From the IMG/VR virus record IMGVR_UViG_3300029288_000055, positions 298,764-362,763 of that record: a stretch of 64,000 nt of DNA; one strand, given 5' to 3'. This stretch comes from a virus. Lineage: Duplodnaviria; Heunggongvirae; Uroviricota; Caudoviricetes. A program made the translations under genes and the position numbers. The notes beneath the pieces are model-generated. The model saw only the letters and a list, made by a program, of their open reading frames with translations, ran no database searches and had not been told where the DNA came from. Positions 53,851-62,792 of the stretch are shown here, one piece after another (positions within the stretch are counted from its first letter, which is position 1; the number at the start of each line of letters is the position of its first letter).

Positions 53851-54669
53851 TTATTCTTTTTTAGGTTCTTTTAATATTGCAATGATTTCATCAATTGGTG
53901 TGGTCTTTTCAATTTCGACACATCTGCTCCATTTGTCAAATTCGCCAAAGTAATCGAAAAGAATATATTTACAACCATTTGAATATCCTCTGTATGTGTT
54001 ATCTCCAGAAGAAAAGCCAATCTTTTTACCGTAACCATATGCTGTTGCAATTTCACCCCCATCATCACTTATTTCATTAGCTTTGCCACTTGTGTGTATT
54101 ACTGCATTTGCAATCATACCTGAAATAAAATTTGGATTTTTATTATTTACACTGACAATAAATCCGTTTGCTCTAAGTGCATCTGTCAGATTTTTACTGA
54201 ATTCACAGGTATTGAAGTTCTTAAAATAACTTGGGTCATTAATCTCAAACTCAATTGGAAATTTATTTTCTTTTTTGATTTTAAAAGCATAAGAGAGATC
54301 AACTTTTTTGTTAGGTATATACCAACTTTTATTGAATTGCACAACAGTACCAACAGGAATATTATAACAACTCAAAGTTTTTCTAATACATGCTTTTAAA
54401 CTAATGTTTTTCCAGCGTGTCCAGTGAAGCATACAATTTTTGTAATAGTTATGTATGGTATCTCTGAACCTAATATCAGTATAATAACAAGGCAACGCAT
54501 TGTAAAGTTTTTCTTCTTCAATCTCTGCATTGTAAAGAAAATTATGAGACTTGCAATAAGCAAAATCACCAGCAATTTCAATTGAATTGAACCTGTTATC
54601 TACATAACCTCTGGGTGCTTGATGTCCCAATTTGTCTGATCTGAATTTTGTTCTCATATTAATCGTCAC
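53851..54669 (-). CDS. hypothetical protein (272 aa)
   Basis: ORF track. Confidence 0.6.
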   Translation of the reverse strand: MTINMRTKFRSDKLGHQAPRGYVDNRFNSIEIAGDFAYCKSHNFLYNAEIEEEKLYNALPCYYTDIRFRDTIHNYYKNCMLHWTRWKNISLKACIRKTLSCYNIPVGTVVQFNKSWYIPNKKVDLSYAFKIKKENKFPIEFEINDPSYFKNFNTCEFSKNLTDALRANGFIVSVNNKNPNFISGMIANAVIHTSGKANEISDDGGEIATAYGYGKKIGFSSGDNTYRGYSNGCKYILFDYFGEFDKWSRCVEIEKTTPIDEIIAILKEPKKE

Positions 54670-54958
54670 CTAATATCATTGCACCTTTCTGAACAGTAAA
54701 CCATGCTTTACAAACAAATAATTTGATACCAAGCATATGTTCATAAACCAGATTCTTATTCCACTCTTTAGTTTTATGGAAATTTCTACTACCAACTACC
54801 TGATATCGTTTGTACCAGAAGCCAAGTTCCCATTCACGCCATTCAGTCATTTTATCTAAAAGCTGTTCTCCTTCATCATCGTATTTTTCATACCTGTGAC
54901 GAAAAACAAAGGTGAAGTTGTAACCGAATAATTTTATATGTCCTATTTTTGCTGCCAT
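54659..54958 (-). CDS. hypothetical protein (99 aa)
   Basis: ORF track. Confidence 0.5.
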   Translation of the reverse strand: MAAKIGHIKLFGYNFTFVFRHRYEKYDDEGEQLLDKMTEWREWELGFWYKRYQVVGSRNFHKTKEWNKNLVYEHMLGIKLFVCKAWFTVQKGAMILGDD

Positions 54959-55130
54959 TTTAATAATTTATATTTTTTCAATACTACAATATTTATTTCT
55001 TGGATACCCGTGTTTCTTTTCAAAATCTTTTCATGCTTCTTCTTCAGTATCTCCTTCTACAACCATAGTGTCTGAATAAGGATAATCTGTCATGAATCTA
55101 ACTCTCCAATTTGTTTTTTCTTTTGCCATA

Positions 55131-55577
55131 TTAGTATAATAATTTATAAGCACCCCACATTAGTATAAGATGCATTGTATTGTCAGTTAAAGTATAAACA
55201 ATTGCCGTAAATCCACCTTCAAGTGCTTCATGAAGATTTACTCCACTTGGCTTTTCTGGACGCATATAAGCCATTCCAAGCATCCAATCGTGTTTATTTA
55301 CATAATCTTTCATTCCTTTTCCTTTAATATAATGCATATATTTTTCTGCAAGAGAAAATTTGTCAATAAAAAAATGCGAAAAAAACACTGCTACTATCCA
55401 GAGTAATTGAAAATTCCACATAAATAAACAAATAGCAAAAGTATAAAGAATACAATGCACAAACGCTGCAAGCCAACCAATTTTGGTGTTTTTGGACTTG
55501 TTCATTGCCATCCATTCCGTTTGCATGAGGAAGTCCCCACATAAATGACCAAGTAACATTTGAAACATCATTTGCAC
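55131..55577 (-). CDS. membrane protein (148 aa)
   Basis: Three to four TM helices. Confidence 0.55.
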   Translation of the reverse strand: MQMMFQMLLGHLCGDFLMQTEWMAMNKSKNTKIGWLAAFVHCILYTFAICLFMWNFQLLWIVAVFFSHFFIDKFSLAEKYMHYIKGKGMKDYVNKHDWMLGMAYMRPEKPSGVNLHEALEGGFTAIVYTLTDNTMHLILMWGAYKLLY

Positions 55578-55930
55578 ATTTCTTTAAGTTCTTCCCATGT
55601 AGGCTTTGTGTCTTCGGGTACAAAAAATTCCATCAGATCATCTTCATATTCATATATTAAAGATGTTTTATCTCCTTCCATTTTAAGATACGCACTGTCA
55701 TATGGCGCACCATCCATAATAAAATGATTGACACTGGATGAATGAATATAATATGGGTCAGTTTTGTCCAGACAAGCTACGGTAATAACAAATTTCATCA
55801 TATCCCACCAATCTTTCACAAAATTACCAGAGTTAAATAGCTTTTCTTCATTATTAAAATGAAGTGAAACTGACTCATATTTTAAGTCTTTTTCATTTCC
55901 TTCATCATAATTTATTCCAATTACTGCCAT
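55568..55930 (-). CDS. hypothetical protein (120 aa)
   Basis: ORF track. Confidence 0.55.
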   Translation of the reverse strand: MAVIGINYDEGNEKDLKYESVSLHFNNEEKLFNSGNFVKDWWDMMKFVITVACLDKTDPYYIHSSSVNHFIMDGAPYDSAYLKMEGDKTSLIYEYEDDLMEFFVPEDTKPTWEELKEMCK

Positions 55931-55949
55931 AAATTTATTTTGTTTAACA

Positions 55950-55981
55950 CTTATACGATATCTTTAATTAAAAAGTTACAA
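55950..55981 (-). promoter_or_regulatory. promoter-like motif TTGTAAC-N17-CGTATAAG (minus-sense)
   Basis: The + strand reads CTTATACG-N17-GTTACAA. Confidence 0.55.
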
Positions 55982-55983
55982 AT

Positions 55984-56475
55984 TTATATACTATTTTTGT
56001 GAAATTCTATTGCACCATCAAGATTAGCCATTAAAACATCACTATCAAGTTTTGAAAAATGATCTACATGATTCAATTTTATAACAACACCTTTCTTGGA
56101 ATTTTTTATAATATTTTTTACGTTTTCAAAATCATCGTAATCTGTCTGGTATACACCAACAGCAATTGTCATAAGATTTTCAGGTACATTAATTTCAATT
56201 GGATGATTATTTTTCTTCTTTTTTCTTGGTACTAAAATAGTATATTTTGGATTGACAATATTTTTATCCACATCGTATGTGAATTTAAAATCAAATATAA
56301 AACGTACTTTATTTAATGGTATCTGGTGAAGTGAAAGCAGTTCTTTAGCTGCTTTAATTTGTTGCTTTTCTATTTCAGTTAATTCTTCACTGTTAACAAT
56401 AACAGTATCAAAGTTCGGTGGAGTTTGAACTTCAACAATTTTAAAAAATGGAAATTTACGAATTAATTGTAACAT
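55984..56475 (-). CDS. hypothetical protein (163 aa)
   Basis: ORF track. Confidence 0.55.
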   Translation of the reverse strand: MLQLIRKFPFFKIVEVQTPPNFDTVIVNSEELTEIEKQQIKAAKELLSLHQIPLNKVRFIFDFKFTYDVDKNIVNPKYTILVPRKKKKNNHPIEINVPENLMTIAVGVYQTDYDDFENVKNIIKNSKKGVVIKLNHVDHFSKLDSDVLMANLDGAIEFHKNSI

Positions 56476-57029
56476 TATCTTATATGTTCAAGAAACCAAT
56501 TATAACATTTTTGAGTTTTATCACCAGTTTCGTTATCACAACGATAGAACTTGGCATATAAATCAACAATACCTTCCATTAATAAACCATCAATAAGTCT
56601 TATTACACGATTTTCTGCAGTAGTCCAATCACCATCTCTATCGCCTTTTGACCATGCATTATATGCATCATCATGACGTTGAATGATTTGCAAAATATCT
56701 TGATCTGCAGGTATGAATTTCTCAGTAAATTTTCGAGCTATCATACCATGATGATTTTCACCAGATTTTGGCATTGATCTATCAACTTTATGTTTGAAAG
56801 TATCATGCACCATTGCAATTAAACGCAACGCTTTTCTTTCGTCTTCAGTTTCAGCATATTGATCAATGTTTGCAAGCACTTCTTTGATATGGTAAATTAC
56901 CTGACCTTCTTTATGTCCGGGTCTTGGTTTACCATAATAACAACCAGTAATAAAATCTTTGTTATTACAAATTACAGTTTCAATTTCATTTTCTGGATTG
57001 ATTATTGAAACTATTTCGTTCTTATTCAT
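56475..57029 (-). CDS. putative HD-domain phosphohydrolase
   Basis: H..HD pattern in AMVHDTFKH, followed by NHHG and RHDDAYN. Confidence 0.4.
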   Translation of the reverse strand: MNKNEIVSIINPENEIETVICNNKDFITGCYYGKPRPGHKEGQVIYHIKEVLANIDQYAETEDERKALRLIAMVHDTFKHKVDRSMPKSGENHHGMIARKFTEKFIPADQDILQIIQRHDDAYNAWSKGDRDGDWTTAENRVIRLIDGLLMEGIVDLYAKFYRCDNETGDKTQKCYNWFLEHIR

Positions 57030-57030
57030 T

Positions 57031-57423
57031 TTATAATTTTATATTATTTATTAAACGTTCTTTCATTTTTACAATTGTTTCTTCAGGAACACCATGCGAA
57101 TTTTTATTTCCGTGTCTATTTTCAACTACAATAAAATATGTAATATAACTGAAATCTTCAGCCATATCAACATATGGTCGCATTATCCTTTCAGTAACAT
57201 TAGTGTTAGCAATAATAATTGGTGAAATGCCTTTTTGCATGAATCTTCTGCACTTACGTTCACACCATTCATGTGCTTCACCTATGTATCTGTAGTCCCA
57301 TGCATATATGCCTTTACGAGTATACCAATCATCTGCGGTACAAATTGCTTTTCCAAGTAATTTCGCAAATGTTGATTTACCTGAATTTGGTAATCCACGT
57401 ACTATAATTAATACTTTTTTCAT
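57031..57423 (-). CDS. small P-loop kinase (AAA_33 / polynucleotide-kinase-like)
   Basis: Walker A GLPNSGKST at the N-terminus. 130 aa. The ATG lies 6 nt after the promoter box. Confidence 0.5.
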   Translation of the reverse strand: MKKVLIIVRGLPNSGKSTFAKLLGKAICTADDWYTRKGIYAWDYRYIGEAHEWCERKCRRFMQKGISPIIIANTNVTERIMRPYVDMAEDFSYITYFIVVENRHGNKNSHGVPEETIVKMKERLINNIKL

Positions 57424-57429
57424 TGTGTA

Positions 57430-57460
57430 ATTATACGAAAATTATTTGAATTGGTTACAA
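57430..57460 (-). promoter_or_regulatory. promoter-like motif TTGTAAC-N16-CGTATAAT (minus-sense)
   Basis: The + strand reads ATTATACG-N16-GTTACAA. Confidence 0.5.
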
Positions 57461-57461
57461 A

Positions 57462-57677
57462 TTATTTTAAAATAAATCTGTCACTTAAAAATTTCTCCAG
57501 AGAATCATAAATTTCGGTGTGATTCTCCCAGAATATCACCGTATTAATAAAGTCTTCCGTAGCTTCATTATTATTATGATCTTTTATGTTAAAGTTTTTT
57601 TGTAATGGCTCAAGTAAACTTGGATAATTACCTAATTCTAATCCTTGTTCTATTATAAAATCAATTACTTTTTTCAT
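57462..57677 (-). CDS. hypothetical protein (71 aa)
   Basis: ORF track. Confidence 0.45.
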   Translation of the reverse strand: MKKVIDFIIEQGLELGNYPSLLEPLQKNFNIKDHNNNEATEDFINTVIFWENHTEIYDSLEKFLSDRFILK

Positions 57678-57678
57678 T

Positions 57679-58206
57679 TTATTGACCTCCTAATTTTTCA
57701 CGAACTTCCATTAATGCTTTACCTAAAAGGTTCATACCTCTCCAGTTCTTTTCATCTAAAACTCTATCATCTTCCCAATGTAAGCCAATACCCCAGATTG
57801 TGTCGTATGGACTGGCTTCAACAATGATCTTATCTTCAGTAGAAAGTAAAATTGCTTTCAATCTTGAATTTTGACCAAACTTAGCAAGATTAACAGCGAT
57901 CATAATTTCATATCCTTCTCTTAACCATTTGTTTTTATCGAAATTTTTAACCTTACGACCTAATATTTTATTTTCTTTTGGATTTGGTGTTTCAACAATT
58001 TTTTTGGCAATTTCCATATCACCAAAAAAAATTGCTTTTTCCCACATAAATGCCTGTTCGCTGTTGAAAAATGTCAAACCTTTATATTTAATAAAAGGAA
58101 ATTTGCATTCAAACCAATTGGAGAATTCTCCGTTCCAAAAGAACACATATTTATCCGTTATTCTTTCCATCTTCTTCTTTATGTGTATATCTTGAATATG
58201 CTTCAC
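57679..58206 (-). CDS. NADAR domain protein (YbiA/DUF1768 family)
   Basis: FFWNGEFSNW, NSEQAFMWEKA, VEASPYDTIWGIG and GMNLLGKALMEVREKL align with the conserved blocks of E. coli YbiA. Confidence 0.75.
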   Translation of the reverse strand: MKHIQDIHIKKKMERITDKYVFFWNGEFSNWFECKFPFIKYKGLTFFNSEQAFMWEKAIFFGDMEIAKKIVETPNPKENKILGRKVKNFDKNKWLREGYEIMIAVNLAKFGQNSRLKAILLSTEDKIIVEASPYDTIWGIGLHWEDDRVLDEKNWRGMNLLGKALMEVREKLGGQ

Positions 58207-58390
58207 CTAATAATAGTAAACCAAATACTATCATAATTGCAAATATTGCCCATACATGATGTGGAAATTTACTATTTCCAAGTGTATATGAAACAATTAA
58301 AAATAGAAAGCACCATGCTTCTGCTTTTACGATAAATTTCCAATTAACCGTTTTTAAAAAATTTTTCATAATTATTTCCTCCAATTCCAA
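58151..58390 (-). CDS. small membrane protein (79 aa)
   Basis: Two TM helices. Confidence 0.45.
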   Translation of the reverse strand: MELEEIIMKNFLKTVNWKFIVKAEAWCFLFLIVSYTLGNSKFPHHVWAIFAIMIVFGLLLLGEAYSRYTHKEEDGKNNG

Positions 58391-58554
58391 GGTTGGTTAG
58401 GGTCATTAATATTTATTTTTGATTTCTTTTTTAATTTAATAATTATACCACACATCGGTATAAGAAAAAGATATATCCAATGTTTTTTTTGATCGTAAAA
58501 TATACCAATCCAAAAATCAAACCAAGCAAAAATCAATTGTATTTTCATACTATT

Positions 58555-61116
58555 TTAATAATCAATCTTTGTAGTAAGAACCGTTGCTGTCATCGAAGGT
58601 CTTGTCAAAGCAACATATTTTATTTGATTTCTTTCTTTTAAAACCCAATTATCGTTAATATCATTTTCAAGCACAAACACATGTGTGTATGTTGAACCTT
58701 GTGATTTATGACCAGTAATAGCATAACCATAATCAAAATCTTTTGCAATTATTTCACTCTTTGGTCTATACAAACCGTTTCTATATTTATCAATAGTCAC
58801 CATTATCATACTACCACGTCTAAAATCATAATATTTTGTCCATAATTTTTTATTGGCTTTAGCCATATCACGGTACATATCATGCATTTCTGCATATTTG
58901 TGCAAATTATCGTGATCAATATGATTAATTATAAACACATCCTGAAGTTTATGTTTACCATGTGCAAGGTCTTCTTTTATTTTAATCATATAACCCTTCA
59001 AATTATATGCATTTTCTGACAAATCAGATTTTTCAAGAACAGTATAATCTGCAGAATTTTCAATTATATTATAGTTCTGTTTATCGTTCATAATGCTGCG
59101 ATATCCCATCAGGAGATCGCCAATCTCAATAATATCCGTTTTTTCACCAAATAAAGCCTTTCTAATGACCATATTTGATGCCATGACGGTTTCATTGCGC
59201 CAACAAATAACTTTCGCAAAATCACTGTCTTCCCTGAATTCAGGTGATTGAAATTTATCAAGAATTGCAGTCCGAAATTCACGTTTATCAACTGTAAATA
59301 TTACTCCTTCACCCAATTCATTCATAACTGACTTTCTTAAGAAACCACCATCAAGACGATTAAGGTTATTTCTAAGTGCATCATAAACAAATGCAAGTGG
59401 ATTGGTATCATTTTGTCTTTCGATTTTTGTAAGCCAATGACTTTCATGTGTACCCTGAGTAAAGACTGCACTTTCTTTTTCACCAACTGGTGGGATTTGT
59501 GCAGGGTCACCCATATATAAAACATTGGTACGAGTATCTTTTGTTTTTTCAATAACTAAATTAAATAATTCTTGATTGATCATTGAGGCTTCATCAATAA
59601 TAACCCAATTATAATCAGATATTCTTGGTATTGCAATCGGATTAAACTTAGGGTCATTAGGATTAAATTCATCCAAATTAACATCTGGTCTTAATCCAAG
59701 CAATCCATGAAGTGTTTGACCATCCATGCCAGTAGTATTCATAACAACTTTTTTGGCTTTATGTGTTGGAGCACTTACCACAACACCATAACGATAAGTA
59801 TCAAGTACTTTTTTTATAATTGTAGAATTGTGTGTAACAGTAAAATTATCGGTAAGATATAGATTATCTTTAGCATCAACCATTATACATTTTTGTTCAA
59901 CGTTTTTTATGTATTCAATTTTAGAAATATATCGTGGAGTTCTATATTTACTTTTATTTACTACTAAATTTTGTTTTCTATTTAATGAAAATACCTTAAA
60001 ATTATTTGTTTGATTGATACTTATAATATAACATCCTTGAAATGAATTAGGTCTATAATTAATTTTTGTTACACATCCTAATGACTGAGCTAATTCGCAA
60101 ATATCATTAGCAAGTTTAAATGAAACGGTTGCATATGAAATATAACAACCATTTTTATCAATAGTTCCATCGGTATCCATTAATCCTTGTAATATTGCAA
60201 TTCTATCATTAATTGAAGAATATTTATATATTTCAGGTATGAATTTTTTTTCTGATTTAACAGTAACTTTTAATTCTTGTAAGTCATGATATAATTTATT
60301 TTTATTTCCTTTTTTACCTGAAATAGAATATCCAATAGTGTTTGAAATCTGTTTAAGAAATAAATTATCATAATTATGATTAACAATTTTTTCGATTTTC
60401 ATTATTATTTCATTATCAATTGAAGTAAACCTAACACTGCCTTGAGTTAATCCACCATCACCAAGTAATACTCCTAATAAATATGGGTCGATAGGCAATT
60501 CTTTTCTATTAAATTCTACTGCAGAATTTACTTGTATTTTATAATTAAATTGAACACTTCCATCATTTCTAATATAATAAACATTATCAATCATTTCTTT
60601 AGTTGATAAGATTGAATAATATTCTCTATATTTTTTAAATTTAAAAATAAATGTTCGTTGACGATTTCTGTCTTTAAATGTTTTTACTTTCCATAAATGA
60701 TCTTCACAGCAATCAACATAGAATTCATCAGAGAAAGTAACTCTATACATTGGCTTAATTCCTTGTGGAAATACATTTAGTACTTTAGTTGGTTTTCCAT
60801 CACTACCCATAACCAAATCACCAATTTTTACATCATCCATTGTAATATATCCATTTGGTGTATATAATTTAGAATATAATGGTTGTGCCTTTCCTGTACC
60901 TGCATAACCTGCTAATGTAAAAAATTTTGAATCTCTTTTTTTAAGCCATTGTTTAATTTTTACCAGACCATCAAATTGTTCGGTATTAAACGTAATTATT
61001 TTACCAGTAAGTAATTGTAATTGATTTTCACCAAGATTTTCTCTCACTTGTTTTTGCGCAAAATCATTAAATAATTGCTTAAGTATTTCCTTATTTTCTT
61101 CCATTTGCCCTTTCAA
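58555..61116 (-). CDS. Dda/RecD-like SF1B helicase precursor interrupted by an intein
   Basis: Walker A AGYAGTGK|...|STII is split by the intein. Helicase motifs downstream: VIIDEASM, GDPAQIPPV, ITGHKSQGST and YVALTR. Confidence 0.75.
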   Translation of the reverse strand: MKGQMEENKEILKQLFNDFAQKQVRENLGENQLQLLTGKIITFNTEQFDGLVKIKQWLKKRDSKFFTLAGYAGTGKAQPLYSKLYTPNGYITMDDVKIGDLVMGSDGKPTKVLNVFPQGIKPMYRVTFSDEFYVDCCEDHLWKVKTFKDRNRQRTFIFKFKKYREYYSILSTKEMIDNVYYIRNDGSVQFNYKIQVNSAVEFNRKELPIDPYLLGVLLGDGGLTQGSVRFTSIDNEIIMKIEKIVNHNYDNLFLKQISNTIGYSISGKKGNKNKLYHDLQELKVTVKSEKKFIPEIYKYSSINDRIAILQGLMDTDGTIDKNGCYISYATVSFKLANDICELAQSLGCVTKINYRPNSFQGCYIISINQTNNFKVFSLNRKQNLVVNKSKYRTPRYISKIEYIKNVEQKCIMVDAKDNLYLTDNFTVTHNSTIIKKVLDTYRYGVVVSAPTHKAKKVVMNTTGMDGQTLHGLLGLRPDVNLDEFNPNDPKFNPIAIPRISDYNWVIIDEASMINQELFNLVIEKTKDTRTNVLYMGDPAQIPPVGEKESAVFTQGTHESHWLTKIERQNDTNPLAFVYDALRNNLNRLDGGFLRKSVMNELGEGVIFTVDKREFRTAILDKFQSPEFREDSDFAKVICWRNETVMASNMVIRKALFGEKTDIIEIGDLLMGYRSIMNDKQNYNIIENSADYTVLEKSDLSENAYNLKGYMIKIKEDLAHGKHKLQDVFIINHIDHDNLHKYAEMHDMYRDMAKANKKLWTKYYDFRRGSMIMVTIDKYRNGLYRPKSEIIAKDFDYGYAITGHKSQGSTYTHVFVLENDINDNWVLKERNQIKYVALTRPSMTATVLTTKIDY
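59827..60888 (-). mobile_element. intein (354 aa, Ala-1 type) with a LAGLIDADG homing endonuclease
   Basis: Hint N-block AQPLYSKLYTPNGYITMDDVKIGDLV, LAGLIDADG motifs LLGVLLGDGG and LQGLMDTDG, C-terminal ...FTVTHN followed by Ser +1. The DNA is very AT-rich relative to the exteins. Confidence 0.7.
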
Positions 61117-61357
61117 GTATTTTAAGAAGTTTTTTCAAATCTTTTAAATTACAAATTTTGGATTCTGGAATTTCGTATAATTCTACCACATAGCTACTAT
61201 TAACTTTTTCGTCATTACTACACGAAATCAATAAACATTTTTCAGTAATTTCATACGTATAATAATGATATCCATAATCTTCAGGGTCTAATGTGGGTAA
61301 TTCTACTTGTTTTTTAAAGCCTAATTTTCGCAAATCTTTTCCAGTAATTTTTTTCAT
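61091..61357 (-). CDS. hypothetical protein (88 aa)
   Basis: ORF track. Confidence 0.5.
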   Translation of the reverse strand: MKKITGKDLRKLGFKKQVELPTLDPEDYGYHYYTYEITEKCLLISCSNDEKVNSSYVVELYEIPESKICNLKDLKKLLKILERANGRK

Positions 61358-61962
61358 TTTCTTTCAAAATTTTTATTAAAAAAACTCATAGCATCTTTAA
61401 TAGTATCATCGTGATGAAACGCCCACAGATAATCTCCATAGGTTGAATAAAAAATAATCATTTTCATCCACTTAACCATTGCGGTTTCTTTACTGGTAAA
61501 TGATTCTACAAATAAAGGAAATTTATTTATTTTATCAACAAAATTATATGCTGAAAGATATATTAATGCAATATTTTGATGTTTACTATTTGGGTCATCA
61601 TTAATACAAATTGGTTGTTTATTATTATCAAATATAAGTTGTTTCTCATAGTCTGGAAGATAAAGTGAAGTTTCTTCATAAACCTCTCTAATCATAGCTT
61701 CATGAGTAGTTTCATTATAGTCTAAATATCCACAAGGTACACCATATTTACTTGCTTCATTAAGCATTTTGTTTGATCTTTTTGTAATAAGGACATATAG
61801 TCCATCACCTTTATTGACAAATACAACACCGACTACCGCTATTGATCTACTAATCCAATAATCTTGGTCTATTTTGAGACCACACCCATCATTGAAATGA
61901 TATCTTAAATGGTAATTTGGTCTGTTTTTAAATAGTTTTACTTCATACTTATTTTCGTTCAT
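61354..61962 (-). CDS. Nudix hydrolase
   Basis: Nudix box G-YLDYN-E-TTHEAMI-REVYEETS fits Gx5Ex7REUxEExGU, with S in place of G. Confidence 0.65.
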   Translation of the reverse strand: MNENKYEVKLFKNRPNYHLRYHFNDGCGLKIDQDYWISRSIAVVGVVFVNKGDGLYVLITKRSNKMLNEASKYGVPCGYLDYNETTHEAMIREVYEETSLYLPDYEKQLIFDNNKQPICINDDPNSKHQNIALIYLSAYNFVDKINKFPLFVESFTSKETAMVKWMKMIIFYSTYGDYLWAFHHDDTIKDAMSFFNKNFERK

Positions 61963-62425
61963 TTTCCAATTTTATTAATTTTTCTTTTAAACTCCAAATT
62001 CTCATTGTACCAAGTTTTGCCACTCTTAGTTGTTCTTCAAGAGTTAATTTTCTTGCTCCCTTGACTTTAATTGCTTGACGTTTAGTACATACATTCACAA
62101 TTATTCGTCCATCATCATGCAACCATTTGTCACAAACTAAAATTCCTGCGTTTTTTGGTATTATGTCTTTACACGATTCATATAATTTAAAAGGTATTGC
62201 AAAATATAATTCTTTTATTCTGTTTTTCTTATCAATATGATTATGCCCCTTTTTAAAATCAGCCAATAAATCTGCTTTGCTTCTTTTTATTTCAACCTCA
62301 AACGCATAGCCGTTTCTTTGTATAAAAAATAGATCACATTCATGTATCCAGTCAAAACCATAAGATAATTTTGGTACAACAATATGTAATCTAACTTTGA
62401 AATATTTGGCTATTGCCAACTCCAT
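61949..62425 (-). CDS. putative PD-(D/E)xK-fold nuclease-like protein
   Basis: HECDLFF...EVEIK follows the D/E...E.K pattern. The track start at 62485 overlaps the upstream gene, so the MELAIAKYFK start at 62425 is preferred. Confidence 0.35.
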   Translation of the reverse strand: MELAIAKYFKVRLHIVVPKLSYGFDWIHECDLFFIQRNGYAFEVEIKRSKADLLADFKKGHNHIDKKNRIKELYFAIPFKLYESCKDIIPKNAGILVCDKWLHDDGRIIVNVCTKRQAIKVKGARKLTLEEQLRVAKLGTMRIWSLKEKLIKLENERK

Positions 62426-62426
62426 T

Positions 62427-62726
62427 TCACTTGTTGTTAGTGGCTTTAACTTCGTTTTCGTATTTTTTGTTAATAGTTGGGACATTTCTCATTGGCATTT
62501 CTTTTATCATTATTTTTGTCTTTTCTTTGAGTGCTTGAAATCGTTCAGCTTCATTAACACCCATTTTCACATTAAAATCATTGAGGTTTTTATAATCATA
62601 ATTACCTTCAAGATCAATTTCAATGGTGAAACCTTCTTTTTTTAACAGTTTTTCAATCAAGTGCATCACTGTTGATTTGCCAGATGCTGGCTGTCCAGTT
62701 ACTATTATTGCTACATGTTTTTTCAT
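62427..62726 (-). CDS. small P-loop NTPase/kinase (99 aa)
   Basis: Walker A GQPASGKST. Confidence 0.5.
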   Translation of the reverse strand: MKKHVAIIVTGQPASGKSTVMHLIEKLLKKEGFTIEIDLEGNYDYKNLNDFNVKMGVNEAERFQALKEKTKIMIKEMPMRNVPTINKKYENEVKATNNK

Positions 62727-62792
62727 CGGAATATAAATATATGTATTAATATGTAAATAATTGCAATTAAAAATAATATAATGCTTATTTTT

